Assembly (NCBI RefSeq): GCF_004010195.1
Contig: NC_057711.1
Span: forward strand, 69,506,059 to 69,570,058
Source: Chiloscyllium plagiosum
Taxonomy: Eukaryota
Length of the DNA: 64,000 nucleotides
Reading direction: 5' to 3'
Of the stretch, positions 1-12,609 are shown in pieces. The position numbers and the translations under genes were made by a program. The notes under the pieces are model-generated. The model did not search any database, had not been told where the DNA came from, and saw nothing but the letters and a program-made list of their open reading frames with translations. Position 1 is the first letter of the stretch; every line of letters starts with the position of its first letter.

Positions 1-753
1 CCCCACCAACCCAACCTCCACTCCTGGCACCTTCCCCTGCAACCGCAAGAAATGCAAAACTTGCGCCCACACCTCCCCCCTCACTACCCACCAAGGCCCC
101 AAGGGACACTTCCATATCCATCAGAAATTCACCTGCACCTCCACACACATCATTTACTGCATCCGCTGCACCCGATGTGGCCTCCTATACATTGGGGAGA
201 CAGGCCACCTACTTGGGGAACATTTCAGAGAACACCTCTGGGACACCTGCACCAACCAACCCAACCGCCCCGTGGCTGGACACTTTAACTCCCCCTCCCA
301 CTCCGCCAAGAACATGCAGGTCCTTGGCCTCCTCCATCGCCAGGCTATGGCAACACGACGGCTGGAGGAAGAGCGCCTCATCTTCCGCCTAGGAACCCTC
401 CAACCACAAGGGATGAATGCAGATTTCTCCTTTCCCCTCCCCCCACCTTTTCTCAGTCCCAACCCTCAGACTCAGCACCGCCTTCTTGACCTGCAATCTT
501 CTTCCCGACCTCTGGCCTATTACCCTCACCTTAATCTCCTTCCACCTATCGTATTCCCAATGCCCCTCCCCCAAGTCTCTCCTCCCTACCTTTTGTCTTA
601 GCCTGCTTGGCACACCCTCCTCATTCCTGAAGAAGGGCTTATGCCCGAAATGTTGATTCTCCTGCTCCTTTGATGCTGCCTGACCTGCTGCGTTTTTCCA
701 GCAACACATTTTTAAGTTCTAATCTCCAGCATCTGCAGTCCTCCCTTTCTCCT
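1..753 (+). mobile_element. Penelope-like element 3' end: GIY-YIG endonuclease C-terminus plus pLTR with hammerhead core
   Basis: Frame from nt 2 reads PGTFPCNRKKCKTCAH...FTCTSTHIIYCIRCTRCGLLYIGETG...FREH...VAGHFNSPSH...RRLEEERLIFRLGTLQPQGMN. This is an IIY/YIG GIY-YIG motif preceded by a Cys-rich linker (Neptune-like). CTGAAGA-agggc-ttat-gccc-GAAA lies at 627-650. Confidence 0.9.
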
Positions 754-782
754 GAGAAGGCAAGAGTCTACCTCAATGCTGT

Positions 783-955
783 GGAAGCGCCGGTGTTAGA
801 CTGGGATGGTCAAAGTTAATTGCATGGCGCTGTAATCTTGTTCTATAAATTCTGTGTCTTATGGTCCTGCTCCACAACTCCTTGATGATGAAGTGGCGCT
901 CTGAAAGCTAGTGCTTCCAAATAAACCTGTTGGACTATAACCTGTTTTAACTTTA
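783..955. mobile_element. Short Penelope-derived pLTR element (family with ...gaaagctagtgcttccaaataaacctgttggactataacc)
   Basis: Same motif block recurs at 21931-22101, 34691-35103, 44404-44849 and 51249-51369. A degenerate hammerhead core lies near 882-910. Confidence 0.7.
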
Positions 956-2457
956 TCTTAATGTTGGGAGCATCTTTTATGCTTTTGACAAGCAGCTTGT
1001 TGAGTTTCTCAAGTTGTCAATTAAGGAGAATTATTCCTCCTTAAATGCATTGTTGATGGCCCAACTCACCTCATTAGTATTCAGCTTACTCTCTTGCCAA
1101 ATGTGCCAAACAGAGTGGACATTGAGAAAACTCAACATGGAAATCAGATTGTGGCAAATTCAGTTCACTTCTTAATCCAAAAGACTTCCATATTGTGTGG
1201 GACTAAGCTGCATCTCCAGGCACAATAAATAGATGCCAGCTATGCCCACCCCTCCTCTATGGGAATTGGCATCTGGAATTTGCAAACTCCTCACGACCAT
1301 CATGGCACCTCCCCGCTAAGCTTACAGGCTACATAGGAAGCACAGACTTGCATTACAGGGTGCACTAACAACTAGTTTTGAAAAGCTACCACAAGGACAC
1401 TTAACTTGCACTCACTGAACCAGGCTGCATCTCAGGGCTGATTTGCTTCATCTCTTAGAGCTCATTCAGTGAGCTGCATCTATGCCTTGCCTTGCCTTGC
1501 TGATCATCAGTCCTTAGTTTAAGGGGCATGCCACTTATAGTGAGCTATGTCAATACCACACCTGCATCACGTGGCAACAGCTGATAGAGCAAACATGTCT
1601 CAAAGTCTTAGTGGAATAGTTATCACCAAATTCCATTGGAGACACCCATCAGTCAGAGAGTCCCGGCAGAGTAAATCAGCTCTGATATCAGTGCAGGGGA
1701 TTAGCCACAGTCAGGATGGGGTATTTCCGGTAAGGGGGTCCATGCCGCTGCAGTCCAGGGCACGGTCAATCCTGGGGCTCCTAAGTGGCATGTCTAAGGA
1801 GTAGATCTAATGTAATCTGGGAGATGTACAGCCATCAGTCAGGAGTTAACCACTTCTCGGACTATCCATTTTGATTACTCAAAAGGACTACAGTCAGTCC
1901 ATCAAATCCATCCACATAAACTAAGGAGAAAAAGGGATTGGAGAGTATAAGGGGTTTATTGTCATGGGAAAGAGTCTTCGCAAGTTATTCTTCAGAACTG
2001 GAGGCCTTACACTGGCAGAAAGGGGGATTACCATTATGAATGGGGAGATCAACGCTCTCTGCTAGAGGTGGATACAGTAAGCGATGCATGGGAAGGGCAT
2101 CATGCTGGAGAGCTTCATCCAGGGTCAGGAGCACACCGACTTCAAAGGTGTGACAGTGTATGACCACAGTAGGCATTGTTACCTCATATAGCAAGGACTA
2201 AAGGGAAAAGGTGCAGGGTCATATGGACAGGTTGGGTGGGGATCTGGAGAGGTGCAAAACCTGTTGGGTTTATGAGAAGGGCCACCAGGAAGGGGAACTG
2301 GATGTTTGGGGGCTCACCAGCACATAGGAGCAGAGGCTGGAAGCCACTGTTTGAGGAGTGTTCACTGTCACCTGCCATTGTGCTAGAAATTGAATTTGCA
2401 CAATGGAAAGTAAATGACTACAATCACAGTCAAAACAGGCAGGGTAAGTGTCTCACT

Positions 2458-3176
2458 TGTTACGAAGATGTGGGTGTCCTGTACCTTTAAGAGAGTTAAA
2501 GGCTAGCAGTGACAGCAACAAGTGTTCTCAATAAGACGCAATGTAACATGTGCTCCAGCTACTGGGGTAGCTAGGGAACTGGTTGCCTGGAGATAAAAAC
2601 AGATTTGCATTAGGCCAATCAGTTTAAATTATACCTCCACCCAAAAAAAAAAATCAAAGTCCAATCAAGTTTGAATTTAGTATATTGACAATCTTAAAAG
2701 CCAATAACATAATCCGATGCTTTGGGGGTATAACAGCAGGGGAAATTGAACAATTGGGAGGAGAACTGCCAAGCCAATGACATCTGCAAACTACCCAGAG
2801 AATAGCTCTCTTAAAGATACCTTTATCGATCAGTAACCTGTGAAGTGGAATCCCCAAGAAGAAGAAAAGAAGACAGGAATACAGAGCAGAACTGAAAGCT
2901 GCCTGGTTTTGAGATAAGAAATTTTGTTTATAAATCTTAATCGGGGGTTTTATCTGACTAGTATTACAGAAGGGGAAGGTTAAAGATAGGTTAGAGAAAG
3001 GAGTTGTAAATAGTTGTTAGTTAATCATTCTCTGTTATACTTTAAGAAATAAAGTTGTTAATTTTTACTTTAACTAGTTCTTGTTCTATTGAATTTTCAC
3101 AGATTACTGCAAGGGTTAAATCTTTTCTGTATTGCTGGGTTAAATTGAGCAGGAGGATTTACCCCATGTCATAACA
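2458..3176 (+). mobile_element. 5' LTR of a Ty3/Gypsy-type retrotransposon
   Basis: TGTTA...TAACA inverted termini and AATAAA at 3048-3053. It is followed by a PBS and a gag-like N-terminus. Confidence 0.75.
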
Positions 3177-3179
3177 GTT

Positions 3180-3197
3180 TGGGGGGTCGTCATTGAC
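3180..3197 (+). promoter_or_regulatory. Primer-binding site, tRNA-Pro type (degenerate)
   Basis: TGGGGGGTCGTC lies 3 nt after the LTR end and matches 11 of the first 12 nt of the tRNA-Pro PBS (TGGGGGCTCGTC). Confidence 0.6.
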
Positions 3198-3360
3198 ATT
3201 TGAACTGGTTTAGATAGATTTGAATAGATTTTGGGGTATGAAAATTCCCAGCAGATTTAAAGACCTGCAAGTTAGTGTCCTAGATCTTTAAATAAAATGT
3301 AGATGAGATAATCTGTTTACTTTCGGTGACTTGTGGTTGATTAAATTAAAAGAGAGAGAA

Positions 3361-3702
3361 ATGGCTCTTAAAATTGCTAAAGAGGTTCTGGGATTTGAAG
3401 ATGATCTTCAAATTTGCCCAAAAGTTTAGAAGGAAAGAAAAAGGCTATACTTTTAGAATTAGCAAATAAGTTAGATTTGGATTTAACCAAAGATCAAAGT
3501 AAAGCTGAAATTGTAAGGGAGATACTCAAACACTTAGGTGTATCAGAGGAACAGACAAGTGTAGTAGAGGTAGAAAAATTTAAATTACAATTGAGAAAAA
3601 TGGACTTTGAAGTTAAACAAAGGGGGAGAGAGAGAAAGAGAGAGAGGAAAAAGAGAGAGAAAGTTCTTAGCTGAGCAAAAACAGAGAATTTGAACTTGAG
3701 AA
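3361..3702 (+). pseudogene. Gypsy gag-like N-terminus, frameshifted and truncated by a CR1
   Basis: ATG at 3361 (MALKIAKEVLGFEDD), then a frameshift into KAILLELANKLDLDLTKDQSKAEIVREILKHLG and an E/R/K-rich coiled-coil. Sequence switches abruptly to CR1 RT at ~3703. Confidence 0.65.
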
Positions 3703-4593
3703 TGTTTAGTGAGTTTGCAGATGACACCAAAATTGGTGGTATAATGGACAGTGGAGAAGGTTATCTCAGAGTACAACGAGACCTTGAACAGATGGGCCAT
3801 TGAGCCGAGGAGTGGTACTTGGAATATAATTCAGACAAATGTGATGTGCTGCATTTTGGTAAGGCAAATCAGGTAGGGACTTATACACTTCAAGGTGTAT
3901 TAGGAGTGTTAGCTAAGCAAAGAGATCTTGGGGTACAGGTTCATAGTTCCTTGAAGGCAGGGTAGTGAAAAAGGCATTTGTTATGCTCGTCTTTATTGGT
4001 CAGTGCATTGAGTATAAGAGTTGGGATGCCATGTTGCAGCTGTATGGGGCATCGGTTAGGCCATGTTTGGAATACAGTGTTCAATTCTGGTCTCCCTACT
4101 ATAGAAAATATGTTGTGAAACTTAAAAATATTTACAAGGATGTTGCCACGGTTGGAGAGTTTGAGCTATAGCGAGAGGCTGAATAGGTTGGGACTATTTT
4201 CCCTGAAGTGTCAGAGGCTGAGGAGTGAACTTATAGAGGTTTATAAAATCATGAGGACATGGAAAGGGTGAATAGCCAAGGTCTTATTTCCCAGGTTAGG
4301 GTGTCCAAACTAGAGGGCATGGATTTAAGGTGAGAGGGGAAGATTTAAAAGGGACCTAAGGGCCACCTTTTTCATGCAGAGAATGGTGTGTGTATGGAAT
4401 GAGCTGTCAGAGAAAGTGGTGGAAGCTAGTAAAATTACAATATTTAAAAGGCATCTGGATGGGTACATGAGTAGGAAGAGGGATATAGGTCAAATGCTGG
4501 CCAATAGGACTAGATTAATTTAGGATATCTCGTCAGCATGGACAAGTTAGACAGAAGGGAGTGTTTCCATGCTGTACAACTGTACGACTCTAT
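3703..4593 (+). mobile_element. 5'-truncated CR1 LINE (RT C-terminal part and 3' UTR)
   Basis: FADDTKIGG and VRPCLEYSVQFWSPYYRK motifs; 3' tail ...gactctat. Confidence 0.9.
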
Positions 4594-6136
4594 AAGATGC
4601 ACTTCTGAGACTGACTGCCCACAATTCATTACGGGAGACAGTGAATGGCATGTTGAAGAACTATTGAAGCAGGTACACATTGGCTTATGCAACAGAATTG
4701 AATACAGGTGATTGTGACAAGACCATCTTGTGTGTGAACACTTACTTTCTCTCCTCTTACTTTCCTCTCTGATCGGAAAATTAGGGAGGTGAACCCAGTT
4801 GAAAACTGAATAGTTGCCGACAACTACTAGATAGAAAATAAAGAGCCTAAATTAATGCAACATATATAATACAAATGAAATGAAAAATCAATGCCAGAAA
4901 AAAGCAAACAGACAAGTGGTGTTGCAAAGAAAATTTTAAAGCCATTGATCAAACTCATAACAATAACAATAACATAACCATGTCTAAATGATTGATCAGT
5001 TCAGCAACAGTTTTAAATGGAAACTTGAGGATATTCCTGGTGGAAAACACAGAATAAGACTGTTCAGTCATGTCAAATTTTTCAAGGTCTTATTGCCAAT
5101 TCTGTATCTGAAATGCAGTCGCCTAGAGTGAAGAGGTAACCTGTGGGGAATCATGTGTTCTGTGAAACTGATAAACAACAATCCACAGTTACAAAAGGGA
5201 AATACTGCAGATGCTGGAAATCAGCAAAAAAAAGTTTCAAGCCTTGTTCTGCAGAATCAACAATATCTCGGTGCTACTTGTACAGCCAATCATATACTTA
5301 ACCCCTTACAGAAAGTCTTTGGAAATAACACTCTGCAACTATACCTGTGCTGCACATATCTGTGTAACTATATGTGAACATAATCAACTTTATTCCTTAA
5401 CTCAATGCATTCTTATTTTCTCTATAGATACATTTGCATTGTCCAACTGTACTAAGCTCTGTCAAAAAATCATAATTATTTCAGATGACAGGATTAGGGA
5501 ACAAGAGGATGCAATGCAATGATCCATAGCCACTGGAAAGTTGCCTTTCAAGGTTGGGAGTGGGGAAAGTATATCTTATTTCTTCTGCAATTTCTCATCT
5601 GAATAAGTTTGTGCTTTTTAATGCTTTGAGAAGGTATGCATCTGCTGAAGAAGTAAATCATTAAGAAAATAGATGAGTGCGACCTACAATCAACAGGTGC
5701 CAATCAATATGGTTAATGTGAATAATATTGTGCAATTGAACAGATCACAGTCAGTGAGGTTACTGTCCCTTTCTACATGCTTTTCCGATATACCACTGTG
5801 GGACACAGTGTTATGTAAGTGAGGGCTCAGTTTTCTGTATGTGGAGGTAGTGTCCGAGGAACAGGTAACAATTCTTCAGATATCTAACACAAAGCACTAT
5901 CTCCTGTTATATGATTTCTCTGTGTGTTGGCAGTCATAGATGGAGGGATTCATTCTCCACATGTTTCTTCTTCAGAAAACAATGTGCAATGCCACAAAGT
6001 AAAATTATGGCTGATTCCTAGAAAAAGTATGTCATTGGGTGGAATTTACATATCCCCATCGGTGTTATGGAAGGTAGGGTAAGCTCATAAATGTAGCCTG
6101 CCTACCACCTATCGGCCCACCTGGGAGGGTGAAGGT

Positions 6137-6315
6137 TGGGAAAAAGTGAGGATTGCAAATGCTGGAGATCAGAGTCAAAACGTGTGGCAGTGGAGAGCAC
6201 AGCAGGTCAGGCAGCATGGGAATCCTGATGAAGGGCTTACACCCGAGTAGTCGATTCTCCTGCACATCAGATATTGCCTGACCTTCCGTGCTTTTCTAGT
6301 TCCACACTTTTCAAT
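6137..6315. mobile_element. Foldback Penelope-derived mini-element with degenerate hammerhead core
   Basis: Inverted pLTR halves surround cctgatgaagggcttacacccga. Flanked by an approximate duplication gag(g/a)gtgaaggt. Confidence 0.75.
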
Positions 6316-6825
6316 GAGAGTGAAGGTGTAGGTCACCTAACTGCCCTTTGGTCTATTGAGGTCATTATGGCCACTTAGATGCTCCATTGCATACCTACAG
6401 CTACCTTACCCACACAAGGATGAGGGAATTTAGTTCCCATTCCCAGTGGTAACTCAGTATCTTTCACTGGACAAGTTGGTGTCAGAGAAGGGTTGGAATT
6501 CTATTTTGAGTCCCCCTGTACCAAATGAAAACACACACCTCTCCAATTTTATAGCAATATTTAATCCGATCAAAAAACCTATCAAACCCAGACCCCATCC
6601 CCTTCATTGGGACATGCTAATACACTGCACTTTTTGGGATAATAAACTAACCCTCTTCTCCATGGTTTCCTGGAGTCCTGGCAGTGACCATTACTTAACT
6701 GTGGTACTGGGATTCCAGACTTGTCAGCCCTCTTGGGTTAGCCCATAACTCTTTAAGAAGGACTTCTCCCCAGAAGGGAGCAGGACTCTTGCCCTGAGCT
6801 TATTAAAGTTGCCTAAATTTAATCA

Positions 6826-7160
6826 TCATTCACAAGATGAGGGCGTCACTGACCAAGCTAGTATTTATTGCCCATTCCTAATTGCCCAGAGCACAGTTAA
6901 AGCACATTGCTGTGGGTCTGGAGTCACATGAAGGCCAGATCGGGTAAGGATGGCAGTTTCCTTCCCTAAAGGACATTAGCAAACCAGGTGGGTTTTTCCA
7001 ATAATCGATTCAGAGTCATCATTAGACTCTTACTTCCAGACTTTACCGAGTTCAAATTACACCATGTGCGCGATAAGATTTGAACTGGGTCCCCAGAACA
7101 TTATTTGGGGCCTTTGGATTAACAGTCTAGCAATAATGCCACTTGACCACTGCCTCCCCA
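6826..7160 (-). mobile_element. tRNA-derived SINE with a 3' tail shared with the L2-type LINE
   Basis: Minus strand begins GGGAGGCAGTGGTCAAGTGG (A-box-like) ... GTTCAAATC (B-box-like). The tail gggcaattaggaatgggcaataaat is shared with the LINE end at 45204-45270. Confidence 0.75.
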
Positions 7161-9073
7161 TGTCTTTGTCTTTGGGCAGCCAGTATGGGAGGGAATTTGT
7201 ATCTGAAAAATTTTGATATTTTGCCATCAAATTCTACCTAAGTTGAGTGAAGACCCTTCTATCCAACTAGAGAAACCTTGATGCTTACTTATCTACATAT
7301 TTGAGGGAACCCAGCTATCCCATAGAATCTCTGTGCCATTTCCTGCCAGTATCTCCTTTATGCAGTAAATGAAATGAAGTTTTTGTCCCTTGTCATTTAT
7401 TTAATACAATGAGCGCTGTAGACTTTCTGATGTGTTTTGAATGCTTCAGTGAACATGATCACTTCTGCAGCAAAAACTGTTCTTGCCTCAAATGTTGCAC
7501 CATGGCAATCAGCAGCCGAACTCTGGTAGCAAAGGTGGAACTCCTGTAGCATCTGTGGGGAGAAAATGGAATTAATATTTCGAGTCCAGTGACTCTTCAC
7601 CAGAACTTGAACAAAAACCTCCAGAAAAAACAATAAACAGTAATCTTTCTTTAAGAAGTCTGCATGACCAAGCCAGGTTCCCAAATTCCCAATGCATCTA
7701 TTTCATGTCTATGAGGTGCACAATGTGAACACAACATCACCCAGTTGAAGAAATGCTGTTTTTCAGTGACAGCATTCTCTGAGTAGCATCCCATTTTACA
7801 TCTCTCATGATTTTTATTTCTCTTGACATCAGTTCACAATTTCCCACTTAATACAGCCAGATAAAGTCAAAATTGCTCAGTGTTGCCAAGTTTACCATAA
7901 AATGACCAGACTGAATAAATATTCCATGTTGATTAGGCTGATACTTTAATATTGTGCAGTTCAATAACATATTAAGTTTGCCCTTAAATTTGTAGATGGG
8001 TGTAAATAAAGCTTAATATTGGACTGTCATTTTTTTTTCCTTAGCAGGTTACTATAAGGTGGAAGGTTTTATAAGGTGATAATTCAAGGCACCATTCAAA
8101 TGCAGTAAACATGATGACCCTCATTTAGAATGAAAAATACATGCAGACGTTGTTTTACTAATACTGGTTTATAGATTGATATTCTGTCAAGACAGAATGC
8201 GTTAATGAAGTGAGGTTTGTGAGGTCTATAACAAAGATAGTGCATTGTTTTCATTAAAATGCAGTCTGCATGGACTATATCTACCAACACTAGAAAGTCT
8301 TCAGTTGTCATGTTTATCTAGGAAAGGAGAGCAAGCCTCTACATTTTATCACTGGAGTTTGTCAGAAACAAAAAACAGCTAGCTTCCCACAAATCAACTG
8401 ACATGTACCCTGATAAGAAGACGAGTTTGAAAAGCCCAGCAATCACCCTATTGCAATGCCTATTCTGGTTTGATCAAAGCACTTTAATTTGTTGTAGATA
8501 ATCTGTTGCAGAAAATTATGACTCTATATGTTATTGGATGTTTCTAAAAATTAAGATCGAGCAAATCTGTGTCAAATATGATATATAATATTTATTCAGG
8601 GTTGACCTATGTCTAACATAGTCTATGAACTAACATAATGAGCACCATGTAGAGTAATGAACACATTCCATAAAAGTGAAAGAATTCTGGTTGTCATATC
8701 ATTAGCTTTACTATTTCATTTAATCTAGGGTTCAAATTGCCCTGATCAAATATAACCGATAATATGCTTAAAAAAAATTACATTTGTGAACAATTCCTGC
8801 TATTGCATTTTTGTCATGTTTTCACTAACTTTGAACTTTTCTATGCAACATTAATAAAAACAAATGATCTATATAACAATGTTTTACTGCATTTGCACTA
8901 TTGATGGCACTGTAACATCTTAATTTTACATTTCAGTATGTAATGCAGCGGAATTTTTCTACTCAGTCCAACTCAACCCTCCAAATAAATTGCCATATGT
9001 TTTGTTATTTGACAACAAATGATCAAAGCACTATATAAAGATAAATACAGAATATTACAGAGAGACTGAACTA

Positions 9074-10180
9074 TATCTGTATATCTGGTCCAATTATTCC
9101 CTTCTTTCTAATGCCCCATTGCCCAAGGATTACAAGCCATGATTTTCCATGTACAATCTATAGAACCATAGAAACGTGCAGCGCAGGAAACCATTTGGCC
9201 CATCATATCTATTTCAACTGTTTGCTTGGGATATTGATAAAATTAACTGCCCAGCTCTCTATTCATAATATTGTGTGTCCCCGCACTTATTTGTCCTATT
9301 TTCCCATTAAAAAGTAACAGTCATTTCCTTATTCTTTTCCTAAGAAAAGCAGAATTATATGCTCCAATAAGCTTGTAAAAAAATGTTACACTAACTCCTG
9401 CCTGCACATATGTTGAAATTCTTAGTGATCTTAGTTTTGGCCATTAGGAGAATATAAGATAACTGAGCATCACTTGCAGTGTAAGCTTCATTTGGTGATA
9501 TTTCTTGCAACTATCATCTGTTAACAGTTAAACGAGATCAAAAAACTCCAGAAGCTGGAAATCAGAAATAAAAACATTAAACTACAAGATATATTCAGCA
9601 TGTCAGGTTGGCACCAATAAAGAGAAAGAGAGTTAACATTTCAGGTTGTTGATGACTCTTCCTCAGAATGGTCCAGTGGGATATAAGTTTAATTCATCTT
9701 CTACATCTTTGTTCAGTTTGGTGTTGAGGAAATAGAATTGTTATGGGGTCCCTTCCTTGTGGAGGTGCTGATGCTTGTCTAGAAAGAATTTTCAAGATCA
9801 GTAAAATCAGGTTGAGATCACTAAGAATTTCAACATATGTGCAGGCAGGAGTTAGTGTAACTTTTTTTTACAAGCTTAGTGGAGCATATAATTCTGCTTT
9901 TCTTAGGAAAAGAATAAGGAAATGACTGTTACTTTTTAATGGGAAAATAGGACAAATATTTGAAGTGCGGGGACATACAATATTATGAATAGAGAGCTGG
10001 GCAGTTAATTTTATCAATACCCCAAGCAAACAATTGAAATAGATATGATGGGCCAAATGGTTTCTTGTGCTGCACGTTTCTATGGTTCTATAGATTGTAC
10101 ATGGAAAATCATGGCTCACTGTAATCCTTGGGCAATGAGGCATTAGGAAGAAGGGAGTAATTGGACCAGATATACAGATA
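9074..10180. repeat. Long inverted repeat: arms 9074-9431 and 9815-10180, 383-bp spacer
   Basis: The arms are near reverse complements. ORFs 9111..9317(+) and 9868..10143(-) translate almost identically. Confidence 0.95.
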
Positions 10181-10875
10181 AAGATTTGTGTATATGTAGC
10201 AACTGAGTTATATTTGTACCAGAATTTGTTTTACAATTGAACTGCTTTTCCCCTATCAAATCTAGAGTGCATTGGAGTCCCCAAAAGCATATCCTGATCT
10301 TTCCTTTTTTTGTTAGTAAGAATTAAGACTATTGTGGGAATGATCTTTGTTATGAGATACAATAAAATAATTTTTACATAGCACAAGGAAAAAAATGCAG
10401 CAATGATAATTGAAATTCAACTTCATAATCAAGCTACTCAAATAGTACCAAAACTTTCAGAACTGCTCTTCTGAATGTGCAATCGTACAATCTGTACTTA
10501 AAAACAGTGAAGGCTTTTGCTTTTATAGAGTCTGTACTGGGTTTGCTGTATCCATTTCCATATGTGTCCTGACAATCAGACTTGGACATGAGCAGGACGA
10601 AGCTGAAATGATCCCTTGCCATCTCTGACCCGTCTAAAATGATTGTGCGTTGTGCCTCATTTAATGAAAAACTGTCTTCAAAGATCCTATACATTCTCCT
10701 CAGTAGATTTCTCCAAAACAGCAGTGAGATTAAAGGGTAAATGACTGCCACTCACTTTCTTACTTCTCAGCAGCACCTTGCTTTGAATCATCGAGAAGAA
10801 AATGGACTCAGCCATTTCTTAGCAGCTGTTGGAGAATCTTGTTCCTTCTTAAAATAAAGCAAAGAGTTTCAGATG

Positions 10876-11790
10876 GAATAATAGAATTTACAGTATAGAG
10901 TGAGCCATTCAGCTCATTGTGTCTGCATCGACTCACGAAAGAGCTACCCAGATCATTCCAGGTTCCCACTACCCTCTGGGTGAAAAAACTTTCCTCAAGT
11001 CCCTTCTAAACTTCTTGCCTTTCACCTTAAAATTATGTTTCTCATTATTGACCCTTTAACCAAAAGGAGTAGCTGCCTTCCTCCACTCTGTCCATGCCCC
11101 TTTTTGTCTTCTATAACTTAAACAGGTGCCTTCAACCTTCTCTGCTCTGAAGAAACCAACATAAGCTGATCCAGCCTTACTTCATAGTTGAATTGCTCCA
11201 TCTCAGGCAACATCCTGGTGAATCTCCATTTCTCGCCCTCCAGCACAATCACATTTTTTTTATGGTGCAGTGACAGAACTGCACACAGTACTCCAGCTCT
11301 GGCATGACCAAAGTTTTGTACAGCACCAAAATAATTTTCCTGCGCTTATAATATATTCCACTACTGATAAAGGTAAGGTGGCCTGAATGCCTTTTTTTTT
11401 ATAGATATTTTTATTAGAAATTTAACATTTTTACAAGTTTACAAAAATAAACAAAACTCTCAGATATAAACATTGATGACTCAGTCTTACTGGGTCGCCG
11501 CCATCTTGGATCCCCCCTGAATGCCTTTTTAACCACCCTAGTAACCTGTCTTGCTCCCTTCAGGGATCTATTGATGAGTACCCCCAAGATCCCTCTCAGT
11601 TCCTCTTAAGATCCTAGTTCCCTGTCATGAATTGAGCACCCTCTTATCTTGTTACTTCTTCCAAAGTGCATCACTTCATTCATCAAGGTTAAATTTCAAC
11701 TGCTACTGATCTGTCAAGCTGACTGATCCATCTATATCCTCCTGTAACCGAGGACCTTCTTTCTTATTGTCAATCATCCAAGCAATCTTT
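10876..11790 (-). mobile_element. Degraded CR1 LINE 3' part
   Basis: Reverse complement gives the CR1 RT C-terminal region (e.g. ...agctggagtactgtgtgcagttctg..., LEYCVQF) and a CR1-like 3' UTR. Confidence 0.8.
11397..11515 (-). mobile_element. 119-bp bipartite mini-L1 (5' terminus fused to 3' terminus) with 15-bp TSD
   Basis: Minus strand reads GGGGATCCAAGATGGCGGCGACCCAGTAAGACTGAGTC, then a T-rich 3' UTR, AATAAA and an A-tail. TSD cctgaatgccttttt at 11382-11396 and 11516-11530; the target is TTTTT/AA. Confidence 0.75.
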
Positions 11791-12609
11791 TACATATATT
11801 TCAAACTCAGATGGATCCTCCATCAGACCAAAAGAAAGAGACTTCAGTCAAAAGATCCTTGGCACCTCTGATGTCAGTCCTGGGGCTTGAGCATGCTCAG
11901 TCAGATGCTTGGATGTCCAAAGACAGGTGGTTCATATTGACACAGCGTAAGTTGGTCAGGGATGAGCCATGGTCAAGCCTGAGGATGAGCTCAGTGAAAG
12001 TCAAGGGTAAATATCGACGGCCATTAATATAGTAAGAGATTTGGGGAAGTCAGTTCTGAGGACTGGAGGCAGCATGCTGGAATGCAGAGGGGACGATAAT
12101 TGTGAAGGAGGGAAACCCAACATAAGTGGACGGGGGAGATAGAAGTGCAATGGAGGAAATGGATGCTTGCAGGTTGGAGTATCATTGACAGTCACAACCA
12201 CCATAGTTTTGATGGGCTAGTAGTGAAGCATGATGGTTGGCATGTCTAATCTGTAGGGCCTGTTCTTGAGAGTCAGGTCAGGGGATGAACCGTAATTCAA
12301 GTATACATGGGGGATCATGTGCAAGCTCAGTGATGATGGGTTCGACGTGCATGGAAGGAAGAAACACAGAGGTTGGATAGGACCCATCCAGGCTGAACCT
12401 GTGACTTACTGTGCCAAAAACAACTTATGTTGCCTTCCATACACATGACAATTGTAATTGAACATTTGAAATGGAAAATGGCTGCAACCACACCCAGAGT
12501 GGGCAAAGTAAGCATTTCTAGCTGTGCATTCAGGCTCTAATTGTGAGAAATGAGGCCTTTCAAAGGGACAATTGCATGAATTGGCAAATTACACAGTACC
12601 AGTTGAAGT

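Larger units (their letters stand above)
6037..7239. mobile_element. Possible non-autonomous DNA transposon (PIF/Harbinger-type MITE) hosting nested insertions
   Basis: Short imperfect terminal inverted repeats GGGTGGAATTT (6037) and AAATTCTACCT (7229-7239). No coding capacity. Confidence 0.3.

Noticed and set aside
7397..7684. 95-aa minus-strand ORF
   Set aside because: Half of it runs through a Penelope-type pLTR fragment; chance ORF.
8096..8317. Minus-strand ORF preceded by an acceptor-like tctcctttcctag
   Set aside because: The peptide is unrecognisable and no upstream exon was identified.
10434..10751. 105-aa minus-strand ORF in non-repeat sequence
   Set aside because: No recognisable domain, weak splice signals and no partner exons; ORFs of this length are expected by chance in 64 kb.
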